From: Podarcis liolepis | Lineage: Eukaryota | Direction: 5' to 3' (one strand) | NCBI GenBank assembly: GCA_965112155.1 | Contig: OZ218103.1 | DNA length: 64,000 bases | Shown: positions 13,136 to 25,027 of the stretch, in pieces | Layout of the letters: every line of letters begins with the position of its first letter | Numbering within the stretch: the first letter of the stretch is position 1 | Translations under genes and position numbers: made by a program | Notes under the pieces: generated by a model | The model's database searches: none | What the model saw: only the letters and a program-made list of their open reading frames with translations | Told to the model about the DNA's origin: nothing

Positions 13136-13340
13136 CTGTTTCCACCTGACCTTCCTCCTGCCTGTGTGTGTTTTAACTTCCAGGACTCTTCCTCCCCCTC
13201 TTCCTCTCCCTCCTCACTGCAGTCCGGTTCGGATGCAAATGACCCTCCTGCAAGCCGTGTGTGTTTTCTCCGGTTCCGTTCCTCGGAGATTCTCTCGGAG
13301 AGGGGTGGGTGGGAGCAAGCGAGGGGCGGAGGAGAAAGTC
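13136..13340 (-). promoter_or_regulatory. Candidate promoter and non-coding first exon of a minus-strand gene
   Basis: Local CpG enrichment outside any repeat. GC box GGGGCGG at about 13323-13329 and octamer ATGCAAAT at 13233-13240. Purine-rich, ATG-free minus-strand leader ending in the consensus donor CAG|GTAAGC (last exon base 13136). Confidence 0.5.
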
Positions 13341-14114
13341 ACAACAATAACGTCTTTCTCTGGCAGCCAAACTCCTGGCATCTAATCCACACGCATGTCC
13401 TTCTGCCTGGCTTGCTGAAAGGTTCATGTGTAATAACATTTCCTTCTGCTGGGGCAAGAAAACTCCCCGCGAGTGTTGTTCAACAAATCACATTAAAGAA
13501 AGAAAAGAAAAGAAAAAACGCGGAGCTTTCACTCTCTCTCTATAAGCATGTTGTCCTCTCCTAACTTTATAGTAAATCTGTGTGTCTAGGTTTGCGTTTC
13601 AAAGCAGCAGGACTCAGATGACAGCCAGGCTCAATGGGCAGTAAATGGCATTCCTGTGTTTTAAAGCGAGTGACAGTTCTGTGCATATTTCCCCATTCTT
13701 TCTAAATGCAATTGTTTTTCTATGCTAATCCTCCTTTGTTGCTACCATTGTTAACGTTGACTATGTCAGGTTATTGCTGGCTGGGCTGTTAAAGCCGCCT
13801 TAGGGTAAGGGTCAAAGGCTGCCCTGGGAGTTCAGAAGGGTGGCAATTTAATACTCCTAGAAGACCAGGATAAAGGCGCCAGGGCTAAACCACAGAAGCT
13901 GCAGGAAGTGCAAAATGCCACTGTAAAAATAAAGTCTAATATAGTTGGAGTGGAGGGGGTATCACGTTGCTCTTTCTGCTCATAGGAATCAGTTCAGACA
14001 ACATGTCACCCACCATGTGCAGAGTGCAAAGTGAAATCCAGACAAGCTAAAAAAAAGAAAAGGAAAGGAAAAGCAGCCTGTTAGTTGGAACCAGATTTTA
14101 AAACAGTTGGCACA

Positions 14115-14500
14115 CATTTATTACTGAATTTATATCCCACCTTTTCTCCTGAAGGAGCCTAGGGCAGCAAACAGAAAATGTGCAATTTGACAATAAAAAA
14201 CCAAAGCAAAAACTTTCTAAAATAGTTACAACGTTCAATAAACAATTACAATTGAAACCATCTGAAAGCAGCTGCAGTTAAAAATGTTCTAGAAGCAGTT
14301 CAAAACATTATTCCATCCAGTGATCTGAGGGTTGCCAGGATCCGTATGCTTCAGCCACCAAAGCCTGGGTAAACAGGAATGTTTTCAAATCCTCCTGAAA
14401 GTTAATAATTATGGAGACAGGTGTATCTCCCTAGGGAAGGCATTCCACAACTGGGGAACCACCACTGAAAAGGCCCTGCAATGGGTCATTGCACTCTTTG
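14115..14500 (-). mobile_element. L2 LINE 3' end, degraded
   Basis: GGAAGGCATTCCACAACTGGGGAACCACCACTGAAAAGGCCCT is the antisense of the L2 ORF2 end (RAFSVVVPQLWNAFP), followed by an L2-type tail. Confidence 0.7.
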
Positions 14501-14656
14501 GGAATGGGAATTGCACTCTTTCAGGTAATTGGGTCCCAAGCCAATCAGAGCTTTCTATAGAACCATAGAATCATACAATTGTAGAGTTGGAAGGGACCCT
14601 GATGCGAATACTAACACCTTAAATTGGGACCTTTCTTGCTGAATTCAATCCTTTGC

Positions 14657-14794
14657 ATAGTAACTCAGCTGGTAGAGCCAGAGACTCTTAATCTCAGGGT
14701 TGTGGGTTCCAGCCCCACATCAGGCAAAAGATTCTTGCATTGCAGGGGGTTGATCCTAGTGGTCCCTTCCAACTCTGCAATTCTACAATTCTAT
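14657..14794 (+). mobile_element. tRNA-Lys(CTT)-derived SINE with a CR1 3' tail (resembles the Podarcis tRNA-Lys/CR1 SINE)
   Basis: CTCAGCTGGTAGAG..GAGACTCTTAATCTCAGGGTTGTGGGTTCCAGCCCCAC matches tRNA-Lys-CTT. It is followed by GGTCCCTTCCAACTCT and (ATTCT)n. Confidence 0.85.
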
Positions 14795-17420
14795 AAAATC
14801 AAATGGCCGTACTTCTGAACAAACTTCTGTAGGGTTGCAAAGCACGGACCTGGAAAGTGTGGTGCAAAAGGAAGTTTGGATGAGCCTAGAGTTACCTGCT
14901 CCCCCCCCCCTTTAATGAAAAGCCGTGCTACTGGGAGTAGAAGTGCCATGGAGGAGGGCCTGCTAACCCCTTCTTCTTCCTGCCAATTGTTGCTCCGTAT
15001 TGCCTCACTCCAGCTGCTTCTTCACCAATGCGGGGAAAGATCCTCACAGCGAGAAAAATGAGTTGGGGGTTCATTTTTAGCAGGTGAATAGCAGTAGGAG
15101 AAAGGATTAAGAAACAACTCCCTGCCACTTTTTCATTTCTATATGTAGTCTCCCAAGGCTGTTTTTCTTTTACAGGAAAAGGGGGAAAGGGACACGGACC
15201 ATTGTGTCACACAGCTATTTTGGTCTTAAAGCCTAGCTGTCTTATTTTTCCCAGCACACGGGGTTCTAAATAAAGAGGTATCGGTAGCAGTAGAAGTTTC
15301 TGATCACAGTAATGTATCTATCCTTTTCGGGAAGCGAGAGGGATGGAAAAGCTGAAGGGATCCAGTTGCACTGCCACAGAAGTAAACACTTGTCAAGCCT
15401 AGAAACACAGTCAATTATTGATCTTGGCTTCTGCCAAATGGAAAAATGCAAAATCAGTAGGAAACTAAGATCCCATTTTGCAAGATGAATCTTTTAATTG
15501 ATCCAAATACATCACTGTCAGAGCACCAAAAGAAAAAGTAATGAGGGTGAATCACCCACTAGCTTGCTCACTGAGTCTCTGTGCATGATGCTGTCCATAG
15601 AAAGGTAATGTAACATAAAGCCAGGAGCCAAAACTCCTTTTGCTTTTACCCGATAACATGGACTGCAAATGATGATTTCTGTATTAAAGCTCAGTCCAGA
15701 GTAACCTGTCCAGGCATTCAACTAATGTATCAAGCCAGGAAGTGCATAGAGGGCATGCGCTGTGCTGCCCACAACACCCTCGCTTGATCCACCCCAAACA
15801 GTCCACAGTAGGAAGATTTAGAGGGGGCTTTCAAGCATGTTTGGCTGAATGCATTTAGAAGTCTGCCCACAATCTGGAACCCTTATAATGTGATGCTGTC
15901 AGTCACAGGAAGCCTTCTGAGCACATTCAGCTGAACATGCTTAGAAATCTCCTTCACGTAGTGGAGCAGGCGCAGACAAGGACACCGGCGGTACAGGGGT
16001 GATGTATGTGCCCCAGCTTCCCTACATATGTTGAATGCCCATTTTGTCCATTGCAAAAGACTTCCAAGACCATAACACTCCACAAAATGGGCACCCTGCA
16101 TTACAAAATTAGTTTTGAAATTGTGATACATCTGTCCAGGATCACCTCTAAGAATGTGATGTACTTATGTTAGCCTGTTAGAAACAGAGGAAGGAGAAAT
16201 TAACTTAACAAAAATTAGGACAATCCAGAGCTTTGTGTCCCAGGATATGGATTCAGATCTTACTACATAAAACATAGCTTGGCAAACACACAAACTGATA
16301 GCTTAGCAAATATTTATTCCCCTTGATTAACCAGAAATATTAATAATATCCAGGTCCTAAAATATAGATCCTGGTGGTGCATGATTCAATTGAAGTTAAA
16401 TATTTTGGGGTTCCATTGATTTCAGTAGGAAAGCACCCACGGTTTTATCAAGTTGGGAAAATTGAGCAGTAATTGCAGTTGTTTATTCACAAGGATGAGT
16501 TGCTGTTAAGGCATCCATTTTGTACACACAGAGAACTTCACTGCCAAAAGTGAATCATTCTCTGGACTCAAAAACATAGAAGGAACAGTTGTTGGGACAC
16601 CCTGAACTCAGATGGAATAACGTACTGGCCCCTTTTGCCATTTTCGCACAATTCAGCATTTCTCTGGGGATTTCAATGGGTCTCATAAATATGAAGGGAA
16701 GAAGACAAGACTGAGAACAGGGAATGCTAGCTGGAGAGCCGGTATCAATATTTCTCCTCTTCTCTCACACTGTGATTCTTCTCTTTAGCAATCCCATAGC
16801 AAATATTCCTTTGTAGTGCAAATAGCCTTAAATAATTGGAATGGGAGAACATGGACTGGCTGGTAGTGAAAAGCAGCTAGCTCCCTAAGAAAAGTGATTG
16901 CTTTGTCAATGAGCTTTTTCTCCCTTTCTTTTACGCATCATGTTGAAATCTAGTTGCCCCTAATGAGTTCTTTGGCACCTTGTCCTCCAGGAAACTAAAA
17001 TACATTCCTGTGGGATTGTCCTTGCAGCTTTATATAACTTGCGTCCCATTGGCTTTGATCATTTCCCCAAAGAACTGGCAAGATCTCCTTCTGTTGGCAA
17101 CTTTCCCTTCCTCTCCTTTGGAACTAAGGCTGTCATCTAAGTCCCACATACGTGGGAGTAAGCCCCATTGAATTCAACAGGACTTACTTCTGAGTAGACA
17201 TGCTTAGGATTGTGCTGTAAGCATGTTGCTGTAGGAGACAGTTCATACCAACCATTGGATCAAATTCTCCCTCTGAGCTTCTGCTAGCTAATGAAGTCTC
17301 TAATCCACAGTTGGGCAGACAACAGGCTTGTTGGTTCTACTACTTTATATTTGAACCCTAATATCTCCCAACCAGAGCCAGGGGCAAAAGACAGACAGTA
17401 GAACAGCATGCATGCATACA

Positions 17421-17676
17421 TACCGTATTTTTTGCTCTATAATACTCACTTTTTCCCTCCTAAAAAGTAAGGGGAAATGTGTGTGCGTCTTATGGAGCGA
17501 ATGCAGGCTCTGCAGCTATCCCAGAATAGCAAGAGGGGTTGCTGCTTTAACTGCGCAGCGATCCCTCTTGCTGTTCTGGCTTCTGAGATTCAGAATATTT
17601 TTCTTCTTCTTTTTCTCCTCCAAAAACTAGGTGCGTCTTGTGGTCTGGTGCATCTTATAGAGCGAAAAATACGGTG
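17421..17676. mobile_element. pogo/Tigger-type MITE (CCGTATTTTT termini), short form
   Basis: TA-CCGTATTTTTTGCTCTATAA ... TTATAGAGCGAAAAATACGG. Subterminal sequence is shared with 29722-30573. Single internal hairpin at 17521-17579. Confidence 0.9.
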
Positions 17677-20600
17677 ATTTCATTTGTATGCCACCTTTCC
17701 ACAGTTCAAACCATGCTCAAGGCAGTTTACAAAATGAAAAAATACAAAACTTCAACATAACAAAAGCAGTCGTAAACAACAAATAAAACATTTAAAGAAT
17801 ACACAACCAAATTGAACAATTTCCATGCAAGTCACAACAAGATCTAAAACCAAGATATAAAATACTAACAGCAACAACAACACCAATCTCCTCAACCAAA
17901 CAAAGAAATTCCAGCCCATCCAGCAGCCTTAGCTTTTGTAGCTGGAGTCAGTCAGGGCTTTGTGCTCCCAGGCCAGGGGGAGAAAGGCCTGTAAAGCAGG
18001 GAGCAGGTCTTCCAGGACTCACAGTCAAAATGGAATTAAAGAACAGTGTGCCTTTAAGCACCTTCTGACTGACTGACTGACTGAGCTAAGGAATTTGTTT
18101 TTAGTACCAGAACTGAAGTGAACTCGCAGAAAAATTCCTCTCCTGGTTAGCATTCTTCAGTTCAGCAGCCAAGCTGAGGTGGGAAAAGTCATTTTTGTTG
18201 GGAGCCAGAAACCCTGCAAATTATCAAGAGATCTACTAGTAGATCCTAATCCACCTTCTGCCTAACAGTGATCTAGCCCAACCCTTCTGATTACTGTAAT
18301 TAGTACACGTGACTTGTTTGGTACATCTATTTCAAGTGTCCACCTCTCACACACTGAGTGTCAGTGAACTGAAAATGCCTTACACACAATGGAGAAATGG
18401 AGCTGTGCAATTATAATGTGTATGATATAATATATGAAAAGGGGGCTTGTACATTGATCTGATCTGAAGTGGAAGGTCTTCTGGCATCCCCATCATGTAC
18501 ATGGCATTTCCATTTCTTGACTCTGTGATCTGTGAACCTTGAGCTAGAATGGACATTTTGTTCACCCGCTGAATATTGGCTGAATATTTGGCCCATACAT
18601 AGATCTCATTTCTCTCCCAATAAGCTGCTGGAGGAAACATGAAGTGCAAAAAGCCACAAAGAAAACTCTGAAGTTTTTTGTGTTTGTATAAATGACTTTC
18701 TGATTGCTTAGTCTACTGATAAATGTTAGGTGGTGGTGCTCCAAAATCTGGGTCACATACAAGTTCCTCCATTAGCTTCGCCTACAAGCTTCTCAGGAAA
18801 TAACATTTTGTTTGCAAAATGTATTTGCCTTTTCAAAAAGCAATGCTTTCTCCAAAAGCTTTGGGACTGTAGTGAAAAACTGCTATTCAGAAAAAATTTA
18901 TTCCAAGTGAAAAGATCAAATGTATAACTACCAAATTATTTATTTATAGTCTGTAACTGCTACTGATACAACTTTTACAGCTACTACTACTACTACTGTC
19001 AACTAAGATCCCAAATAACACCAATCACTGTATATATAACAGGTTAAAACCTCACTGTTGCTTGCCTGTTAACTATGTCTTTGAACTTCCAGCTTTTTTC
19101 ACCCAAAGAATCACTTAAATGGCTATTCGTCTTTAGAAAATAAACAATTTGAAAGCAGAATAATGCAACACAGAGTTTAAAATAAATTTGTTATGTGTGG
19201 ACCGGATTGGTTGAGCTGCTAAGTGGGAAAACAATAAACCTCCTGCTGTTTGTATTATTCTTTTTTTGGAGAGGGAAATATGGAGAGTAGCTGAGAGAAT
19301 GAAGTGACCTAATTATATCAGAATTAGAGAAGGTTAACAACAAACAGATTTGTAGGGAAATGAGTGTTAGTTAGTTATTCAATATTGGAGTGCGAAGCAT
19401 AATGATAATATCCTTTCCCTATGTGATTCTGGCTTGTATCTAAATAATAGTCACAGATATGCATCGCTACATAAATTATATTCTGCCAGCATTTCCTGAT
19501 GAATAAAGCAAATCACCTACCTTCCCTTGAGACATCTAAAAATAAAGCATTGCATCTCAAGGCTCCACTAATTTACCATGGATTTCAAGAGAGTTCGGGT
19601 GTCACATACTGTAGGGGCCAATCTCTCACCAGGGCCAAGCCTTCTTAGGGAGAGAATGATAGACCTAGAGCAGCCTTTGCCAACCTGGTGCCTTGTAGAT
19701 GTTTTAGACCACAAGTCCCACCTGGTGAACTGAACTGGGGCTGATGGGAGTTGTAGTCTTGAACATCTGGAGGGCCAGGCTGACCTGGACCTTTTTAGGG
19801 AAGGGCCTTCCCCAAGAAAACCATGTGTTCAAATTGATGGAAAAGATGAAAATATAGGTTGGAGGGGTATGCTGAGGTCACTTCCTGAAACGTAGTTCAG
19901 GCCAAGCAATTGGGTGCAGGAAGAGGAGCTGATATTCAGCCTGGCTGACGGGAACAAAAAATCAGGGTGAGGTTTGTAGGGCCAGAGAGCAACGAAGGAA
20001 TTTGCAAGGGTAAAACAAGGGATGGAGCCTGTGATCAAGAGCTTTGCTGTAAAGAATAAGGTCTGCTAAAAATGAAGGGGAAGTAAGTTTATACAGTGAC
20101 AGGGAAGGGCAGTGATCAGTTATAGTGGGGAGTAGTGGAGAAAAGCAGAGCCTAGCAAAGTTACTTGGACCCCAGGTGATCTATGGTTTTCTGCAGCAGC
20201 TCAGGGAGTAGATCTCTAGCTTAGCTCAAAAAAAAAAAAAAGAACTTTGGGACTACAAGGGGCTGGTGACCCTGCTAGAGGATCCCCATCTCAGTACACA
20301 ATACAGTGACCTTTGACTGATGCTCTTCCTAGAAGGACAGCCATCTGACTTGGTTGAAACACTTATAACTATAGAGCATGTGAGGTGCAGGAGTACCATC
20401 ATCCACTATCAGATGGATCATTGTGAAGCAGGAAAGAGCTTATGAGTTGCTCAGAGGGGATATTAAATAGCTTGTGGAAACACACATTCACTGTTCTGTA
20501 CAACCACCACTGCTGGAATATAGAACAGGCACAGGCAGCTGAAATAAACATGCCAGAGTCATGCGGCAAGGTATGCCTCCCAGTGTGAACTACTCACTTC

Positions 20601-21549
20601 CCATATGTTCATACCTCCCCTTCTCATTCTTTCTCATCACAACCACAGTTGTGGCATGTGAATTCTGTAGCACTTCAGAAAGAACCCTAAAGCATCGCCA
20701 GTTTTTCCACTGGGCTCCCTAGAAGCTGCCCCATGGAGGTAGGCATCAAATTAATGCTTAATCTAGGCAAGGAAGCTGGCCCAGGATGACACCCACTGTG
20801 CCCACTCATGGCAACTGTGAATGCATCACATGCAAAGTATCATGTCCCTTCAGATTTTAAACTGATTTATCTGAAATTTGGGCACCCTGTATGCCTCACC
20901 CAAGAGGTCTTCCCTGCCCATGTCATATCAATAGGACAAAGCACCTTGATTTACACAAGAACTGCCATGGTTTCAGTAGAGACTGTGGCATGCATAACTG
21001 CCAAGCGACTTCCACCCACCCACATGTTCATGCACTCGCATTGATCCAGTTGGGAGTATATCTGTTTCATAAAGTAGGAACACATCTTGTAAGCAGAGCC
21101 ATCACAGATAGTTTAATGAAGTGAAGGCGACAAAATCCATTCATTTGGTGACAGTGAGTCCCCAGATGAAAATATGCTCATACACACCCAACCTTTGTAG
21201 ACTATTGCCCACTCTGTGTGACACCACATGTGATGTAATTATTACCACTTATACACAATTTTTGTTCAATCCAGGGATGCAGGGTCAAATCTGTCAATGA
21301 ATTCCTCGTGTTCTACCCACCCACAAAACATCTGTTGCTAAGATATAAAGATTTGCAGGCTGGAAACAGACTGTCCCTAAAGGATGGCTATTCACCTACT
21401 GGCTTCTCTGTATTGCTATAACCAATTTATGTTCAGTTTGTCCTATGAAAACCATGACAGAAGAAGATTGTTGGTGAGTGAGGGGATCAATCAGCTTCCC
21501 TGGGCCCTGAGATCTTCAGATTAGCCCTTTATTGTTGTCCTACCAATGA

Positions 21550-21800
21550 ACCTAGTCCTTTTGTGATGACACAAGAAAGGGCCTTTTCTGTGGTGGCACA
21601 CCATTAATGGAACTCCCTCCCCCTTAGAAATGCAGACAATGCCCTCATAATTTGAAGTTTTGAAGAGCCACATTTTCATCCAGGCCCATGGGAAAAACTG
21701 AACATGTTTAGGCAATCCAAGAAGAAAGTAAAGCTATCAATCAGCTGCAGTATTATGATTTGTTTTAATTGCATAGTTGTATTAATTGTTTGAAGCATTG
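21550..21800 (+). mobile_element. L2 LINE 3' end, degraded
   Basis: AAAGGGCCTTTTCTGTGGTGGCAC..TGGAACTCCCTCCCC encodes the L2 terminal RAFSVVAP.LWNSLP motif. Confidence 0.55.
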
Positions 21801-24537
21801 TTTAATTACTGGTTTTACTGTTGTTTAAATTTAACAAAAAAAACCCTGGAAACTTTAGTTCATTAAAGATGCTGGAAACTGTAGGCATGTGAGGTCTAAA
21901 CTATACTTCCCATGATTTTTTGAGGTAAGATATGTGCTTTAAATGTGCTGCATTGAATGTGATTTAAATGTATAGTCCAGATGTGACCTGGGTCTAGTTG
22001 AGAAAGAGGAGCACCTGGAAGAGCTGGCAGGACAGTTCCTTCAGGTGTATGGATCTTCCAAGCTTTCTCTGAGGGCTCAGTAAAAATAAGAGCCAGCTCT
22101 TTCCCAATAATTCTCTGAGGAAGCTTGTAAGGCTAATTACAGCATTCACCAGTGAAACCTCGGCCATCCCTAAGTGCCTCATAGCCATAGAAACATGATT
22201 TCTTTCCCCTGCCTGCCTGCTTGCCTTAAGTGATGTCCCACAGAAACAGCTTTTGGTGGCTTCCACACATGGACTTCCATGTAAGAAAATATTATTATGG
22301 GACGCTCCTACTGTTGGGAGCCTTCAACAGAACATTCCATCAGCACAGAGGTTTGAATCGCAAAATTAAGTGGCTGTGACCAAGGGATGCTTCTGTGTTG
22401 CTTTTAATTTATTTCCATTGGCAACAGATTCCGTCATCTGAAAAATCAGAGCCAAGGCAAGGGAACGGCAGAGCAGAGGGGATGGGCCAATACATGAACT
22501 CGCCTCAAGTCTTTCTGCCCACTACAGAAGTCAGGCTCCTCTTGTTCCCCCATAATTGGCCCTGCCCATCACAAAGCACCTTGGTCAGGACAGTCCCAGC
22601 TTATAAATGTCCTTATTTCCCCTCCCCACCTCATCATGTGGCCTGGGATGTTCTGTTTTCCCTGTTCTTTACAGGACGGGGTGGGGAGTGGTGCTGCTTA
22701 AGGAACTGGAAAGAGTGAGGTCACACTGAGAGAATGCGACTTCTGCTTCTTGTTGGATCCAGCCAGGTGCTGAAAGCAACAAAGGGGAACACATGTTTTG
22801 AACGTTCCTTGGATACTTTGGTCATTAAATCCACGGACAAACTTCCCCCAGGAGAAATCAGAAAAATAGATGAGCCCTGTCCAGCGCTGGGGCAAATGAA
22901 GCAATGGAAAGAACTGGGCAAGCCCATCAAGGCTTATAAAGCTTGCACTCAATATACAGCTCATTCTCCTCTGCTTGGGTTATTACCTCCTTCTGGCACC
23001 TGCTGAAAGCCTTTTGGATCTGGCAACCCTAAAATAGAAGAGGAAAAACAAGGCAGGGCAAAGTAATTTCATACCAAAGTGGTGCTGCTCCCTTTCTTAT
23101 AGTATTATTTTTGTTGTTGTTGTTTTTATTTGGGTAAAAAAAACCCATAGTTAACCATCTGCTCAGATCCCAGCAAAGATGGAAAGCAAATCCATCTGTC
23201 TCAGATCCTTGAACTTGTGTTGATGAGAACTAGATTATCTCTATGTGCTGCTTTTCCTATGTTCACATCCGCACTACACATTTAAACACATAGTTTCCTC
23301 AAAAGAATCCTGGGAAGTGTAGTTTGTTAAGAGCGTTGGGAACTGTAGCTCTGTGAGGGGTAAACTAAAGTTCCCAGGATCCTCTGGGAGAAGGCGTGCA
23401 TTTTAAATATGCTTTATATTATTAGCAGAGCTCATGCACCCTGGGTTCTGTCACTTCATTGCATACGTGTCCAAGGTTTTTCAGAGTATGGCCCCAAGGA
23501 AATCTACTTAGAAAAACTGCTACAGACTGGACTGAATTGTATTGGCAAGTCACCATTAAGGAAAACACACAGTAAAATTCCTTTGATAGGGATTTTAATG
23601 GGCTTTCTCTCCATTGCTGTTACTCTACCCAGCTCCCACAATTCCTCTTGCACACTGATTGACTCTGCACTGGCATGGGAGCCAGAGTCTTTGTTAGACT
23701 CTCTCTTTCTCTCTGTGTGCCTTTGTGGTGTTGCAGAGACTGCTTGGGAGGTCTGGACTACAAGGGGATAATCTCATTTGCTATGGAGGCTGGAACACTC
23801 TGCTCCACCCACACATCCACGGCTGCTTTTGTGGCGCTTTTAAGTACAGAGAGAAAAGAAGTATTTTGCTAGGTTTCACATTTCTCCAGTATGAAATCAT
23901 CCAAATAGTTATCTGAAGTTAAAACCGAATTTCACCATCAGTTGTTGTAGTAGGATTGGTGTTCCACACCCACATATTAGCTCTCGGCCTGCCATACTAA
24001 GCCCCTTTCAGACCTTCCACCTTTGGTGAATGAATGAACACGCAGGGGGAACAGGATTTATTCACCCCTCTGCACATCCATATGCAGGTCACAACAGAGC
24101 CCTGTGCACACATGTGTGTAAGTTCTGTTTCAGGGGCAGCCAACATGGTGCCATCCAGATGATGTAGGAAGCCAGCTGCCATCATCTCTGACCATTGGCC
24201 ATGCTGGCTGGGTCTGATGAGAGTTGGAGTCCAGCAACATCTGGAGAGCATGCTGTTGGCTAGCCCTGCTCTGTTCTGACTTTTAAATGCATTCACATAG
24301 TTCAGTAGTGAGGTCTCCCATTGAGATCCTGCTTCCTCATCACCATATGTGTCTATTTGCCATACATTGTAAGTCTGAAAAGTGTGCTTTCCACTCAAAA
24401 CCAAGGTCTCTGCTGGATACACCTCTTCTGGCTTATGATCAAATCCAGTGAGCTATACCACAAAGCCCACTCAAAACAAGGGCTAACAAGGCCATTTAAG
24501 GAAGAATGTATAAGTGACTGTATGTGCTCTAATACCA

Positions 24538-25027
24538 GAAGCAGAGACATCACCTTGCTAACAAAGGTCCGATAGTTAAAGCTATGGTTTTCCCAGTAGT
24601 GATGTATGGAAGTGAGAGCTGGACCATAAAGAAGGCTGATCGCCAAAGAATCAATGCTTTTGAATTATGGTGCCGGAGGAGACTCTTGAGACTGCAAGAA
24701 GATCCTATCCATTCTTAAGGAAATCAGCCCTGAGTGCTCACTGGAAGGACAGATCCTGAAGCTGAGGCTCCAATACTTTGGCCACCTCATGAGAAGAGAA
24801 GACTCCCTGGAAAAGCCCCTGATGTTGGGAAAGATTGAGGGCACAAGGAGAAGGGGACGACAGAGGATGAGATGGTTGGATAGTGTTCTTGAAGCTACCA
24901 GCATGAGTTTGACCAAACTGCGGGAGGCAGTGGAAGACAGGAGTGTCTGGCATGCTCTGGTCCATGGGGTTATGAAGAGTCGGACACGACTAAATGACTG
25001 AACAAACAAAGAAACAAACAAACAAAC
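24538..25027 (+). mobile_element. BovB (RTE) LINE, 5'-truncated
   Basis: ORF2 C-terminus YFGHLMRREDSLEKPLMLGKIEG.RRRGRQRMRWLD. 3' end GAGTCGGACACGACT with a (CAAA)n tail. 16-bp TSD ATGTGCTCTAATACCA at 24522-24537 and 25028-25043. Confidence 0.97.

Noticed and set aside
14657-14730. Functional tRNA-Lys gene (likewise tRNA-Asn at about 12335-12409 and the tRNA-Ala-like pieces)
   Set aside because: The stems are mutated, there is no oligo-T terminator, and the sequences run directly into SINE bodies or CR1 tails.
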